From Pseudomonadota bacterium (lineage in GTDB: Bacteria > Pseudomonadota > Alphaproteobacteria > Rhizobiales > Hyphomicrobiaceae): 64,000 nucleotides of DNA. The notes beneath the pieces were generated by a model, which worked only from the letters and a program-made list of their open reading frames with translations, was not told the origin of the DNA and did not search any database. Below are positions 38,529 through 48,515 of this stretch, piece by piece; position 1 is the first letter of the stretch; every line of letters begins with the position of its first letter. Position numbers and translations under genes: made by a program. The stretch is from assembly GCA_023405815.1 (NCBI GenBank), contig JAEXXM010000056.1:1126-65125 (forward strand). The letters are read 5' to 3'.

Positions 38529-40064
38529 TTGGCCGCCAAGGGAAGAGCGTATCTCTATCTGCGCGGCGCCATGATCTTCCTGGCGCTGCTGCTGCCCATC
38601 CTTTCCCTGTTGCCGCTGGGCTGGCTGTGGCTGTGGGAGCGGGGCTGGGCGCTCTACTGGGTCGCCGGTGCGTTCACGCTCAGCGTCATGGCGTTTGCGG
38701 CGCAGGCGATCACCTTGCGTCGAACGCTGCGGCATGTGCCGGAGCCGGTCGAGCCGATCGACCAGGTGGCGCCCGATCCATCCTGGACCGCGCGCGAGCA
38801 GGCGGCGTGGACGGCGGTCGAAGCGATTGCCGCCGACGTGCGGCCGGCGGAGCTGACGGACCGGGACCGCTTCTTGAACCTCGGTCTCAGGACGATCGAG
38901 GCCGTGGCGCGGCAGATCCACCCGCAGGATCGCAATCCCTTGTGGAAGTTCACCATCCCCGAGGCGTTGGCGCTGGTGGAGCGCGTAAGCGGCGACTTGA
39001 AGCCGTTCGTCATCGACAACATTCCGCTCGGCGATCAGCTCACGGTCGGCCAGGTGCTGAAGATCTACGGCTGGCGGTCGGCGATCGGGATGGCGGAGAA
39101 GGCCTACGACATCTGGCGACTGATACGTCTCGTCAATCCGGTGACCGCGGCGGCGCAGGAGGCGCGCGAGCAGATCACCAAGCACCTCTATGCCAACGTG
39201 CGCGATCAGCTCGCCAAGCAGCTCGCGCGGGCCTATGTGCGCGAGGTGGGGCGCGCGGCAATCGATCTCTACGGAGGACGTCTCAGGGTCTCCGAGGCGA
39301 CGCTGGCAACCCACGTCAGCGCGACGACACTGCGTGATCGGAGCCAGGTGACCGGGCGCGCCGAGCCGCTGCGCATTCTCGTCGCCGGCCAAGCGGGCGC
39401 GGGCAAGTCGAGCCTCGTCAATGCATTGTCAAGGGAAGTGCGGGCGGTCGTCGATGCGCCGGGCGGCACGCGCGACTTTCAGGCCTACGAGGTCGAGCTC
39501 GAGGGTCTCACCGGCGCGATGGTGATCGACAGTCCGCGCATCGGCGCGGAAGCTAAGGAGCAGCGCGCGTTTGCGGAAAGGGCGCATGACAGCGACCTCG
39601 TCCTGTGGGCGCTTGCCGCCAACCGCGACGACGCGCGTGTCGATCTTGCGGCGATAAGCGCGATACGCTCGCATTTCGCCAAGCGCCCGCATCGGCGCCA
39701 GCCACCGATCATCGTCGCGCTGACCCACATCGACAGGCTGACGAAGCGTGGCTCCGGGCCGCATGGAGAGATCGACCTCGACGATCCGGCAATCGTCGAG
39801 ACCGTGCGCGAGGTGGCAGAGGGGCTTGGCGTTCCCAAGAACGATGTCGTGCCCGTCGGCCTCGCTCCAGGGTTTGCGCCGTTCAACGTCGAGCAACTGT
39901 CGATGCGAATTGCGGCGCGCGTTCCGGATGCACGGCAGGCGCAGCTGCTTCGCCTGATGGAGGATGCTGCGCCGAAGTGGAGCGTGCGGCGCGTGCTTGG
40001 GCAGGTGGGCAATGCCGCGCGCTCGGCGGCGCGCTCGGTCGCTCCCGCGGTGTTCAAGGGCTGA
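38529..40064 (+). CDS. Membrane-anchored P-loop GTPase (Era/YeeP-like domain)
   Basis: Two N-terminal TMs, GQAGAGKS, IDSPR, THID. Confidence 0.8.
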   Translation: MAAKGRAYLYLRGAMIFLALLLPILSLLPLGWLWLWERGWALYWVAGAFTLSVMAFAAQAITLRRTLRHVPEPVEPIDQVAPDPSWTAREQAAWTAVEAIAADVRPAELTDRDRFLNLGLRTIEAVARQIHPQDRNPLWKFTIPEALALVERVSGDLKPFVIDNIPLGDQLTVGQVLKIYGWRSAIGMAEKAYDIWRLIRLVNPVTAAAQEAREQITKHLYANVRDQLAKQLARAYVREVGRAAIDLYGGRLRVSEATLATHVSATTLRDRSQVTGRAEPLRILVAGQAGAGKSSLVNALSREVRAVVDAPGGTRDFQAYEVELEGLTGAMVIDSPRIGAEAKEQRAFAERAHDSDLVLWALAANRDDARVDLAAISAIRSHFAKRPHRRQPPIIVALTHIDRLTKRGSGPHGEIDLDDPAIVETVREVAEGLGVPKNDVVPVGLAPGFAPFNVEQLSMRIAARVPDARQAQLLRLMEDAAPKWSVRRVLGQVGNAARSAARSVAPAVFKG

Positions 40065-42092
40065 TCAGGAGACGGCGCGCACTGGGGCCGTCGTGCGCGA
40101 GGGTCCCGTCTGCTCCTCGTCCGGCGGTGTGGTTGCGGCCCTTAGAGTGAAGGCGACGGCCTGGCGCAACGTGTGCGCGGTGGCATCGACGGGAATGCTG
40201 TCGAGGATCGACTTGTCGCGCTCGTGCTCGGGATCGAGCTTCCAGAAGCAGCCGAGAAGGAGGGCGGCCGGTGCCGAGCGGCGCAGGCGTCGCACTAGGA
40301 AGCGCGCGTGCGCGCTGCGCTCGCGCACGTCCAGCGCCGAGATGCAGAAAAGGCGAATGCCCTTCGCGTCCTCGTCCGACAGCGCGCCGTGGCGGAGACT
40401 CTCGACATCGAGAACCTTGACGGAGAGGCCGCACTTCTCGACGAGCTGGGCGAACGCCATGCCTGCAGTCTCGTCGAGCGGCGTGCGCCCGGCGATGCAA
40501 AGGATGGCGCCCTCCATGCGCCAGGCGGGATCGACGGGACTGTCGGCAAGGCGCAGCTCTGACAGCTTGTCGTCGTCCGCATCCGCCTCAACGGCTGCAT
40601 CGCCGCTTTGCTCGTCGGCTTCCTTGCCGGCGGTCCTCGCCGGCGCTGTGTCCGGCGCGAGATCCCAATCGGCCAAGGTTTCGATGACGATCTCGCCCGT
40701 GTCGCGGATGTCGGCGAGGCGGCTCGGCTCCAGCGTGCCGCGGTCGGCGTCGGTCTGCGCCAGGCGCAAGCCCTCGATGACGACATCATCGTAGTAGTCG
40801 ACGAGGGAGCGCTCCTTGATGAAGCGCTCGGCCTGCTCGACGGCCTCGGCGGGGTCACCTGCGAGCATGCGCTGATAGAAGCGCTGGGCAGGGGACAGGG
40901 GTGGAGTATCGCCGAGCAGGACGTTGAGGAACTCGAGCCGCTCCACGTGGCGGCCGAGCACGACGAGCACCACGGTGAGAGGGATAGCGAGCAAGAGTCC
41001 AATCGGGCCCCACAGCAGCGTCCAGAAGGCTGCGGACAGGATGATGGCGAGCGGAGAGAGGCCGGTGCGCTGGCCCTGCACGACGGGCTCGATGATGTTG
41101 CCCATGATTGGCTCGCTCACGACATAGAGCGCGAGCGTCCAGAGGAACATGGTCCAGCCCGGATCGACGGCGGCAGCGAGAATGAGCGGGAACGCTGCGG
41201 CGATGAACGAGCCAATGAACGGCACGAAGCGCATCAGCGTTGCCAGCACGCCCCAGAGCACGGGGCTCGGCACGCCGATCAGCCACAGGCCGGTCGCGAT
41301 GAAGATGCCGTAGCCGGTATTGATCGCCGTCAGCGTCAGAAAGTAGCTGCCGAGACGCTCGCCGGCGTCGTCCATGGCGGTCGTCGATTTTTCGAGGTCG
41401 TGCGAGCCGAGGAGGCGAATGGCGCGGTCGCGCACGTCCTCGCGCTGCAGCAGCAGGAACAATACGAAGAGGATGACGAGCGCGGCGGTCGCCAAGGGAT
41501 GGATCACGACGCCGATAATGGACTGAAGCTGATCGAGAGGCGACGGCGAAGGGGGGCGGACGACGACGGGGATTGGCTGGCGATCGCCGCTCCGCAGCTC
41601 GCCCTGCATCGGCGAGATGGTGACGCTCGGGGCCGTCGTTCTCGGCACCTCCGGCTTGTCGAGCTCGGCCTGGAGATCTTTCAAGGCCTCGCTCGCCTGC
41701 TTGAGGGCGCCGCTGCTGCCCTGGGCGACCTCCTTCAGCGATTTCACCTTGTCGCGCAGCGTCGACTGATAGCTCGGAAGCTGCTCGACGAGGCTGCCAA
41801 CCTGCTGGGTAATGAGCGCGCCGACGGCGAAGATGATGGCGAAGGCGATGGCGACGATGATCAGCACCGACGGGGAGTTGCCGAGGCCGGCCCGGCGCAG
41901 GACGCGGACAGGAGGGGCGAGCACGAACGAAAGGATGACGGCCAGCGCCAGCGGGACCAGCACCGCCTGTCCGACGTAGAGGACGACGACGATGAGGAAG
42001 GCGATGACGGTCATCTCGAAGGCGGAAGCGGGCAGCTCAGCTCCGGGCACCGCAGTGTGGAGAGCTGACGGACTTGTACGTTGAGCGGGCAT
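40065..42092 (-). CDS. AI-2E family transporter with C-terminal cytoplasmic extension
   Basis: VPLALAVILSFVLAP, LMRFVPFIG, LWGPIGLLLAIPLTV, FYQRMLAGD. Confidence 0.9.
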   Translation of the reverse strand: MPAQRTSPSALHTAVPGAELPASAFEMTVIAFLIVVVLYVGQAVLVPLALAVILSFVLAPPVRVLRRAGLGNSPSVLIIVAIAFAIIFAVGALITQQVGSLVEQLPSYQSTLRDKVKSLKEVAQGSSGALKQASEALKDLQAELDKPEVPRTTAPSVTISPMQGELRSGDRQPIPVVVRPPSPSPLDQLQSIIGVVIHPLATAALVILFVLFLLLQREDVRDRAIRLLGSHDLEKSTTAMDDAGERLGSYFLTLTAINTGYGIFIATGLWLIGVPSPVLWGVLATLMRFVPFIGSFIAAAFPLILAAAVDPGWTMFLWTLALYVVSEPIMGNIIEPVVQGQRTGLSPLAIILSAAFWTLLWGPIGLLLAIPLTVVLVVLGRHVERLEFLNVLLGDTPPLSPAQRFYQRMLAGDPAEAVEQAERFIKERSLVDYYDDVVIEGLRLAQTDADRGTLEPSRLADIRDTGEIVIETLADWDLAPDTAPARTAGKEADEQSGDAAVEADADDDKLSELRLADSPVDPAWRMEGAILCIAGRTPLDETAGMAFAQLVEKCGLSVKVLDVESLRHGALSDEDAKGIRLFCISALDVRERSAHARFLVRRLRRSAPAALLLGCFWKLDPEHERDKSILDSIPVDATAHTLRQAVAFTLRAATTPPDEEQTGPSRTTAPVRAVS

Positions 42093-42173
42093 GCATCACC
42101 TCCGCTGACCGACGCTGGGGCGCGGCAAGTTGCGAAAACTGCGATTTAGCGTTCGTAGTGCTCGTTGCGCTCG

Positions 42174-42581
42174 TCAGCGCCGCAGTCGCCGCGCGGCGCC
42201 AAGTCCGAAGAGGAACGCCGTGGCGACGACCTGCAAGGCGCCGAAGTGATCGACGACGTCCTTTGCTTCCTGGTCGACCGTGGCTACCGCGTTGGCGACC
42301 GGCGAGCCCTGATCGCGGCGGCGCGCCTCGATGCGCTCGATGAGCCACGGCATGGAGAGGCTGCCGATGCCGATCAGCGTGCATCCGCCGGCGATGATCC
42401 CGACCGCGTTCAGGGATCCGAACATCGGCTCAAGCACGAGATAGAGCGCGATGATCGCCAGCACGAAGGCTGCGAGCAGGAAGACTGCGGCGATCGCAAC
42501 CCACGTCAACCGGCGCGACACGGTCTCGATTGCAGTGTGTGTCGCGCGGCTGGCCGCATAGAGCACGGCATCCCCGATCAT
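42174..42581 (-). CDS. Small membrane protein (YqjE/holin-like stress protein)
   Basis: Two to three TMs; follows the DUF883-like genes; GGGAGG RBS. Confidence 0.65.
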   Translation of the reverse strand: MIGDAVLYAASRATHTAIETVSRRLTWVAIAAVFLLAAFVLAIIALYLVLEPMFGSLNAVGIIAGGCTLIGIGSLSMPWLIERIEARRRDQGSPVANAVATVDQEAKDVVDHFGALQVVATAFLFGLGAARRLRR

Positions 42582-42597
42582 GCGCCCCTCCCGATGG

Positions 42598-42828
42598 TTA
42601 GCGTCTGGCGAGAAGTGCGAGCACGAAACCGATGCCGGCGGCGATGCCGGCCGCCTGCAGCGGATTGCGGCGGATGCTGTCGGCGAGCTTGTCGTATTGC
42701 TCCTGGGCGAGGGCCTGGGCCTGCTCGACCGTGTCGCTGAGACGCTCCTGGGCGTTGCTCGCAAGCTCCCGTGCGTCGCGCTCGAGGGAGGCGGCCGTCG
42801 TGCGGCCAGGGGTGTGGTTGGAACTCAT
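42598..42828 (-). CDS. DUF883/YqjD-ElaB-like protein
   Basis: IRRNPLQAAGIAAGIGFVLALLARR tail anchor. Confidence 0.85.
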   Translation of the reverse strand: MSSNHTPGRTTAASLERDARELASNAQERLSDTVEQAQALAQEQYDKLADSIRRNPLQAAGIAAGIGFVLALLARR

Positions 42829-42843
42829 GTCGATGCCCTGTTG

Positions 42844-43134
42844 TCAGCGGGAAAGGATGAGGCCGAAGACGAAGCCGATGCCGGCGGCGATGAGGGCGGC
42901 CTGGCTCGGGTTGCGGCGGATGGCGGATTCGATGTCGCCGACCTTCTCCTTGGCCTTGCCCTGGATGTCCTCGACGCTGGAGCCGAGCTGCTCGGCGGCA
43001 AGGCGCTTCACGGATTCGGCGAGGCTGGCAATGTCCTCGCGCAGGGCCTGAACGTTGTCACCGACGTCGGATGCGGCGGAGCGGGTGCCCGGCGCGCTCG
43101 TGTCGGACGTACGGTTTGTGGATGAGAACTGCAT
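42844..43134 (-). CDS. DUF883/YqjD-ElaB-like protein
   Basis: LREDIASL...IRRNPSQAALIAAGIGFVFGLILSR; AGGAGGA RBS. Confidence 0.85.
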   Translation of the reverse strand: MQFSSTNRTSDTSAPGTRSAASDVGDNVQALREDIASLAESVKRLAAEQLGSSVEDIQGKAKEKVGDIESAIRRNPSQAALIAAGIGFVFGLILSR

Positions 43135-43203
43135 CGGGGTAATCCTCCTGAAGACGGCTATTGCCCTGGCGTCGCAGAAAGCGGAAATCAATGACATGCG
43201 CAA

Positions 43204-43229
43204 AACGTCGGCAAAGGCGACCGAGTTCC
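43204..43229 (-). promoter_or_regulatory. EcfG/sigmaT-type promoter
   Basis: GGAAC-N17-CGTT on the minus strand. Confidence 0.8.
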
Positions 43230-43265
43230 GCGCATTTGTGCCTCGCCAGTATACTATTTGGATGA

Positions 43266-43291
43266 GGAACCGATCATTCAATCAAAACGTT
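43266..43291 (+). promoter_or_regulatory. EcfG/sigmaT-type promoter
   Basis: GGAAC-N17-CGTT on the plus strand. Confidence 0.8.
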
Positions 43292-43375
43292 CAAATGCGC
43301 ACAGATGGAATGCAATAGTCCGCTCTAGGTCAGCTGGATGACTAAGCCGCAGCGCACGCAGAGGAGTAGAGGGAG

Positions 43376-43897
43376 ATGGCCAGCCCGGTGAAGGAAGTTC
43401 CCCGTCAGTCGCAGGAGGGCGATGAAAGCACGCTCGCCGAGCTGCGCGAGCGCGTGGCCGCGCTGGCTAAGGAAGTGGCCGAAATTGCCGAGCGCCGTGC
43501 CAAGGTTGCGGGCGAGACTGTCGTCAATGCGGCGGAGACGGGAGTCGACGAGCTGCGGCGCGGCATTCGCCGGCAGCCGGTGGTGGCGATGGCGGCTGCA
43601 GCAGCTGTGGGTGCCTTGCTGGCGCTGGCCGTCGCGCCGCGGTCGCGTCCGCGTGCCTCGCGCTGGGATGCGTGGACGCCCAACGTCACCCGCGCCGATC
43701 TCTACGACCTCGCGGACAACATTCAGCGCTCGGTCTCGCGGGCGGCGAATGCGGCCGCAGCCCCTGTCACGCCGGCCTTCGAGCGCATGGTCGATGCCCT
43801 GTCGCGGGCGGACACTTCGGCGGTGAACTCGCTCATCGACAGGATGGGCGGCTGGTTCCAGAAGGCGCAGGACAAGGCCAAGGACAAGATGCGATGA
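43376..43897 (+). CDS. DUF883-like protein with C-terminal extension
   Basis: IRRQPVVAMAAAAAVGALLAL; GGGAG RBS. Confidence 0.7.
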   Translation: MASPVKEVPRQSQEGDESTLAELRERVAALAKEVAEIAERRAKVAGETVVNAAETGVDELRRGIRRQPVVAMAAAAAVGALLALAVAPRSRPRASRWDAWTPNVTRADLYDLADNIQRSVSRAANAAAAPVTPAFERMVDALSRADTSAVNSLIDRMGGWFQKAQDKAKDKMR

Positions 43898-43923
43898 ATG
43901 CACGCATTGGACCGCATCCCATT

Positions 43924-44012
43924 GTCCTCCCGGGGCGTGTCCCCGGGATCCATCCTTCCACCCACTCACAGCTTGTTTAGGGCTGGATCCCGGCAACGAG
44001 TGCCGGGATGAC
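43924..44012. repeat. REP doublet
   Basis: gtcctcccggggcgtgtccccgggatcca ... tggatcccggcaacgagtgccgggatgac. Confidence 0.8.
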
Positions 44013-44033
44013 ATATGTGGGTAATTCCGCCAG

Positions 44034-44957
44034 TTAAGGGCGGTCGGGGAGCGGGATGGACTCGTCGGCATCGCCGGGGACGAAGGGGAAGCGCTTCGCC
44101 TTCCAGTCCGACTTTGCAGCGTCGATGCGGTCCTTCGAGGATGAAACGAAATTCCACCAGATGTGACGCGGGCCGTCCATCGGCTCGCCGCCCAGCAGCA
44201 TGAGGCGTGACTGGCTGAGGGCGAGAATCGAGATGCGATTGCCGGGTTTGAACACGAGCAGACGACCGGCGCCGAACGTATCGCCCGCGATGTCGATCTC
44301 GCCCGAGGCGATGTAGATCGCGCGCTCGTCGTAGTCGGCGTCGAGCGGCAGGACGGCGCCCGGCGCCAGGACGGCCTCGGCATAGAAGCTCGGATGTGGG
44401 AACTCGGCGGGCGAGGCTTGCCCGAACATCTGTCCCATGATCAGGCGCACGGTCTTCCCCTCGCCAGAGATGCGCGGGAGTCTTGCCGCGTCGTAATGTG
44501 CAAAGGCTGGCGTGCTTTCCTCATGGGATTTGGGCAATGCCGCCCAAGCCTGGATGCCGAACAGGCGCGGACCGAGCGCCTTCTGGTCGGGAGACGTGCG
44601 CTCGGAATGCACGATGCCGGAGCCGGCGGACATCAGGTTCAGCTCGCCGGGCTTAATGGCGACGGCGCTGCCGAGGCTGTCGCGGTGCATGACCTCGCCG
44701 TCGAACAGATAGGTGACGGTGGCAAGGCCAATGTGCGGGTGCGGGCGCACGTCGATGCCGGTGCCGATGAGGAACTCGGCGGGCCCCATCTGATCGAAGA
44801 AGATGAAGGGGCCGACCATCTGACGGCCTGCCGCGGGGAGCGCGCGCCGCACCGAGAAGCCGCCGAGATCGCGTGCCCGCGGGACGATGACCTGCTCGAT
44901 GGCTTCGCAGGCACGGGCATCACCCGGCTGGGGGTCGTCGGTCGGCGTCCAGCTCAA
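44034..44957 (-). CDS. Pirin family protein
   Basis: GPFIFFDQMGP, HPHIGLATVTY, GIVHSE, WWNFVSS; TTG start with GGAAGGA RBS. Confidence 0.93.
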   Translation of the reverse strand: MSWTPTDDPQPGDARACEAIEQVIVPRARDLGGFSVRRALPAAGRQMVGPFIFFDQMGPAEFLIGTGIDVRPHPHIGLATVTYLFDGEVMHRDSLGSAVAIKPGELNLMSAGSGIVHSERTSPDQKALGPRLFGIQAWAALPKSHEESTPAFAHYDAARLPRISGEGKTVRLIMGQMFGQASPAEFPHPSFYAEAVLAPGAVLPLDADYDERAIYIASGEIDIAGDTFGAGRLLVFKPGNRISILALSQSRLMLLGGEPMDGPRHIWWNFVSSSKDRIDAAKSDWKAKRFPFVPGDADESIPLPDRP

Positions 44958-45020
44958 GTTTGCGATCCTTCCTGTTGGCGGTATACGTCGTGCGGCCCGC
45001 GCGAACGATAGGAGAGCGAT

Positions 45021-45746
45021 ATGACTGCAAGTCTCCACGGCAAGGTTGCCATTGTCACCGGTGTAAGTCACGACGGGCAGGTCGGGCAGGCGGTTGCCAA
45101 AGCGCTTGCCGCGCAAGGGGCCTCGCTCGCGGTCGCCGCGCGCACCAAGGATAATGTGGTGGCGCGTGCGGCAGAGTTGAAAGCCGACGGGGCGAACGTC
45201 ATTCCCGTGGCGGGATCGCTTACGGACGAAGGCGACGTTAAGCGTCTCGTTGCGGAAACGGTGGGAGCCTTCGGGCGCATCGACATCGTGGTCAATCTTG
45301 CCGGCGGGCTCACCGTATACAAGCCGTCGGCCGAGGTGACGCTGGACGAGTGGACGCGCGAAGTGAACAACAACGTGCTGAGCGCCTTCCTGCTGACCCG
45401 CGAGGTCTTTCCGCATCTGGCGAAAGCCGGGGGCGGGTCCGTCATCAACTTTGCGCGCGCCGGCAACGCGCAGGCGAACATGCTTCCCTACAACGTGGCA
45501 AAGGCGGGTGTCGTTGCGCTGACGCGCACGTTCGCACTGGAAGGCAAGGATGCCCACATCCGCGTCAACGCGGTGGCGCCGGGGCTGGTCGATACCGCCT
45601 CCAACGTCAATATGATGAAGCCCAAGGACACAAGTAAATGGGCGAAGCGCGACGAGATCGCCGACGTCGTCGTGTTTCTTGCTTCACCTGCCTCGCTCGG
45701 CGTCACGGGGCAGGTGATCAGCGTCACCGGGTGGGGGCTCGCTTGA
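45021..45746 (+). CDS. SDR family oxidoreductase
   Basis: VTGVS..GQVG, VNLAG, YNVAK, VNAVAPG. Confidence 0.92.
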   Translation: MTASLHGKVAIVTGVSHDGQVGQAVAKALAAQGASLAVAARTKDNVVARAAELKADGANVIPVAGSLTDEGDVKRLVAETVGAFGRIDIVVNLAGGLTVYKPSAEVTLDEWTREVNNNVLSAFLLTREVFPHLAKAGGGSVINFARAGNAQANMLPYNVAKAGVVALTRTFALEGKDAHIRVNAVAPGLVDTASNVNMMKPKDTSKWAKRDEIADVVVFLASPASLGVTGQVISVTGWGLA

Positions 45747-45756
45747 GTAACTGTGC

Positions 45757-45846
45757 GACACGAGACGAGAGAAGCTTTGCTTGCGGTTATTGTCACGCGA
45801 GTTGATGGCCGCGCCTAAGGCGCGGGGCCCCTTGGGCCCTTGCCGC
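45757..45846. repeat. 90-bp dispersed structured repeat, copy 2
   Basis: Matches 19037-19126. Confidence 0.85.
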
Positions 45847-45896
45847 TGCGCGACTAAGAGTCATCGCGCGCCGGAGAGGATTTGTTTCGTTTGTGA

Positions 45897-46268
45897 TCAG
45901 GCGGCGGGGGCGGCCTGCTCCGCCTTGCTCTTGGCGAACTGGTTGAACGCTTCGATCGCGTGGGCCGCGTACATGACCGATGGGCCCGCGCCCATGTAGA
46001 TGGCCATGCCGAGCGTCTCTAAGATCTCCTCGGACGTGGCGCCGCGCTCGGACGCCGCCTTGGCGTGGAAGGCGATGCAGTCATCGCAACGCGCGGCGAC
46101 GCCGATGGCGAGTGCGATCAGCTCTTTTGTCTTGGTGTCGAGCGCGCCGGCCTTGGTGGCAGCCTGGGCGATGCCGGAGAACGCCTTCATGACCTCCGGT
46201 GCGCCGCCGCGCATCTCGCGCAAGCCGGCGCTGAGGCTGCGGGTCATCTCGATCCAGTCCTTGGTCAT
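45897..46268 (-). CDS. Carboxymuconolactone decarboxylase/AhpD family protein
   Basis: GALDTKTKELIALA..RCDDCIAFH. Confidence 0.92.
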   Translation of the reverse strand: MTKDWIEMTRSLSAGLREMRGGAPEVMKAFSGIAQAATKAGALDTKTKELIALAIGVAARCDDCIAFHAKAASERGATSEEILETLGMAIYMGAGPSVMYAAHAIEAFNQFAKSKAEQAAPAA

Positions 46269-46325
46269 GCATCATCTCCGGCTCAACATTTGCCCGGCGC
46301 CCGGTTTCCCTTTGACGAGACGCGT

Positions 46326-48401
46326 CTATCGCCACATCTCGCGCATCTTGGCGCCGACGTTGATGCGTACGCCGGGCGCTCGGCCGCGGGCATTGACCTC
46401 GGTCATGGCGGGCGGCCATGCCGCAGTCTCGAAATGCTTCAGGATCGCGTGGGGGATGAAACGGGTACGTGCGGCGTAGACGTGCCGGTCGCCATTATTC
46501 GCCTGGCCGTGGGCGAAGAAGCGCTGCGGCAGCATGAGGTGCAGGTCGTCCTTGGCCCGGGTCATGGCGACGTAGAGCAGGCGCCGCTCCTCCTCGATTT
46601 CGGCGGTGGTGCCGGTGCCGAGGTCAGAAGGGATGCAGCCGTCGACGACGTTGAGGACGAAGACCGACTTCCACTCCTGGCCCTTGGCGGAGTGGATGGT
46701 CGAGAGGATGAGGTAGTCCTCGTCCTGCAGGGCCGGGCCGGATTCGTCGCTGGTGGCATCGGGCGGATCGAGCGTCAACTCGGTCAGGAAGCGCTCGCGC
46801 GATGGGTAGCCGGAGGCGATCTGCTCGAGCTGGAGCAGGTCGGCGAGGCGGGGCGCTGCATCCTCGTGCATGCGTTCCAGATGGGGCTCGTACCAGTGAC
46901 GGGCGCAGGCGAGCTCTGCCGGCCAGCCGGCGCCACCGGCGTGGACGGCGACGATCGCCTCGACGAAGGTGCGCCAATCGGTGTCAACAACGCGGGCCGG
47001 TGTCGGCATTCGCGACAGGACGTCGATCGGTGTCGCGGTCTCCAGCATGCTGTCTAGGACGCGCTGGGCGGTGGTCGGGCCGACGCCGGGCAATAGCTGC
47101 AAGACGCGGAAGCCGGCGACGCGGTCGCGCGGGTTCTCAGCAAAGCGCAGGAGAGCCAAGAGGTCCTTGACGTGTGCGGCGTCGAGGAACTTCAAACCGC
47201 CGAACTTGACGAACGGGATGTTGCGTTGAGCAAGCTCGACCTCGAGCGGGCCGGAATGGTGCGAGGTACGGAACAGCACGGCCTGATGCTTCAGGAGTGC
47301 TCCGGCCTCGCGGTTCTCCAGGACACGCTCGACGATGTAACGGGCCTGGTCCGCCTCGTCGCGGACGGCGACAAGGCGCGGGCGCTCGGCGGCCTCGCGG
47401 TCGCTCCACAGGTTCTTGGTGAAGCGCTCGGCAGCAAGGCCGATGACGGCGTTGGCGGCGGCGAGCACGGGCTGCGTCGAGCGGTAGTTGCGGTCGAGGG
47501 TGACGATCTCGGCGGGCGGATCGAAGTGCCTCGGGAAATCGAGGATGTTGCGGACGGTCGCGGCACGAAAGGAGTAGATCGATTGGGCGTCGTCGCCGAC
47601 GACAGTGAGGCCGCGGCCATCGCGCTTCAGGCCGAGCAGAATCGATGCCTGGAGGCTGTTGGTGTCCTGATACTCGTCGACGAGCACGTGATCGAAGCGC
47701 GAGCCGAGGTCATCGGCGATCGCCGGCTCGCTCATCATCTGCGCCCAATAGAGGAGGAGATCGTCGTAGTCGAGCACGTTCTGGCGCTGCTTGGCCTCGA
47801 CGTAGGCGGCGAACAGCTCCTTCAGCTCCTTCGACCAGTTGGCGCACCACTTGAACGACGTGTTGAGCGCATCTTCGATGGGCACGTTCGCGTTGACGCA
47901 GCGCGAGTAGATGGCGAGGCATGTGCCCTTGGTGGGAAAGCGGCTTTCGGTCTTCGACAGACCGAGGCTGTGACGCACGAGGTTCATCAGGTCGGCGCTG
48001 TCCTCGCGATCGTGAATGGTGAACGCGGGATCGAGGCCGATTTGCTCGGCGTAGTCGCGCAGGATGCGGGCGCCGATGCCGTGAAAGGTGCCGGCCCATG
48101 CGAGCGCGCCGGAGGCAGCGGCGCCCTTGCCGCCAAGCACGTTGCGGGTAATGCGCTCGACGCGGCGCGTCATCTCGACCGAGGCGCGGCGGGAGAACGT
48201 CATCAGAAGGATGCGCCGCGGGTCGGCGCCGTTGAGGATGAGATGGGCCACACGATGAGCGAGCGTGTTGGTCTTGCCCGAGCCCGCGCCAGCGATGACG
48301 AGCAGCGGGGGTGCAGGCCGCGCATCGCCGGGGCCGACGCCGTGCTCTACGGCGCGCCGCTGCTCGGCGTTCAACTTTTCGAGGTGGGCGAGGGCCATCA
48401 T
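46326..48401 (-). CDS. UvrD/Rep-family ATP-dependent DNA helicase
   Basis: AGAGSGKT, VDEYQD, VGDDAQSIYSFR, NYRS, TIHSAKGQE, EERRLLYVAMTRA. Confidence 0.95.
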   Translation of the reverse strand: MMALAHLEKLNAEQRRAVEHGVGPGDARPAPPLLVIAGAGSGKTNTLAHRVAHLILNGADPRRILLMTFSRRASVEMTRRVERITRNVLGGKGAAASGALAWAGTFHGIGARILRDYAEQIGLDPAFTIHDREDSADLMNLVRHSLGLSKTESRFPTKGTCLAIYSRCVNANVPIEDALNTSFKWCANWSKELKELFAAYVEAKQRQNVLDYDDLLLYWAQMMSEPAIADDLGSRFDHVLVDEYQDTNSLQASILLGLKRDGRGLTVVGDDAQSIYSFRAATVRNILDFPRHFDPPAEIVTLDRNYRSTQPVLAAANAVIGLAAERFTKNLWSDREAAERPRLVAVRDEADQARYIVERVLENREAGALLKHQAVLFRTSHHSGPLEVELAQRNIPFVKFGGLKFLDAAHVKDLLALLRFAENPRDRVAGFRVLQLLPGVGPTTAQRVLDSMLETATPIDVLSRMPTPARVVDTDWRTFVEAIVAVHAGGAGWPAELACARHWYEPHLERMHEDAAPRLADLLQLEQIASGYPSRERFLTELTLDPPDATSDESGPALQDEDYLILSTIHSAKGQEWKSVFVLNVVDGCIPSDLGTGTTAEIEEERRLLYVAMTRAKDDLHLMLPQRFFAHGQANNGDRHVYAARTRFIPHAILKHFETAAWPPAMTEVNARGRAPGVRINVGAKMREMWR

Positions 48402-48515
48402 GCACTGATGGCTGATTCTCGTTTTGTTCACAAACGCAGCATGAGTGATCTCCCCGTGCAAATGATTAAGCCACGAGGTGATAGGATGCCGTTTTCGGTC
48501 GCGTGGTGACGCGTG

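Noticed and set aside
44958..45557. 507-aa pirin with long N-terminal extension
   Set aside because: The extension is antisense to the SDR gene; a TTG at 44957 with an RBS gives a normal pirin.
46393..46406. FixK-like TTGAC-N4-GTCAT upstream of the AhpD-like gene
   Set aside because: Imperfect match inside the helicase coding sequence; could be chance.
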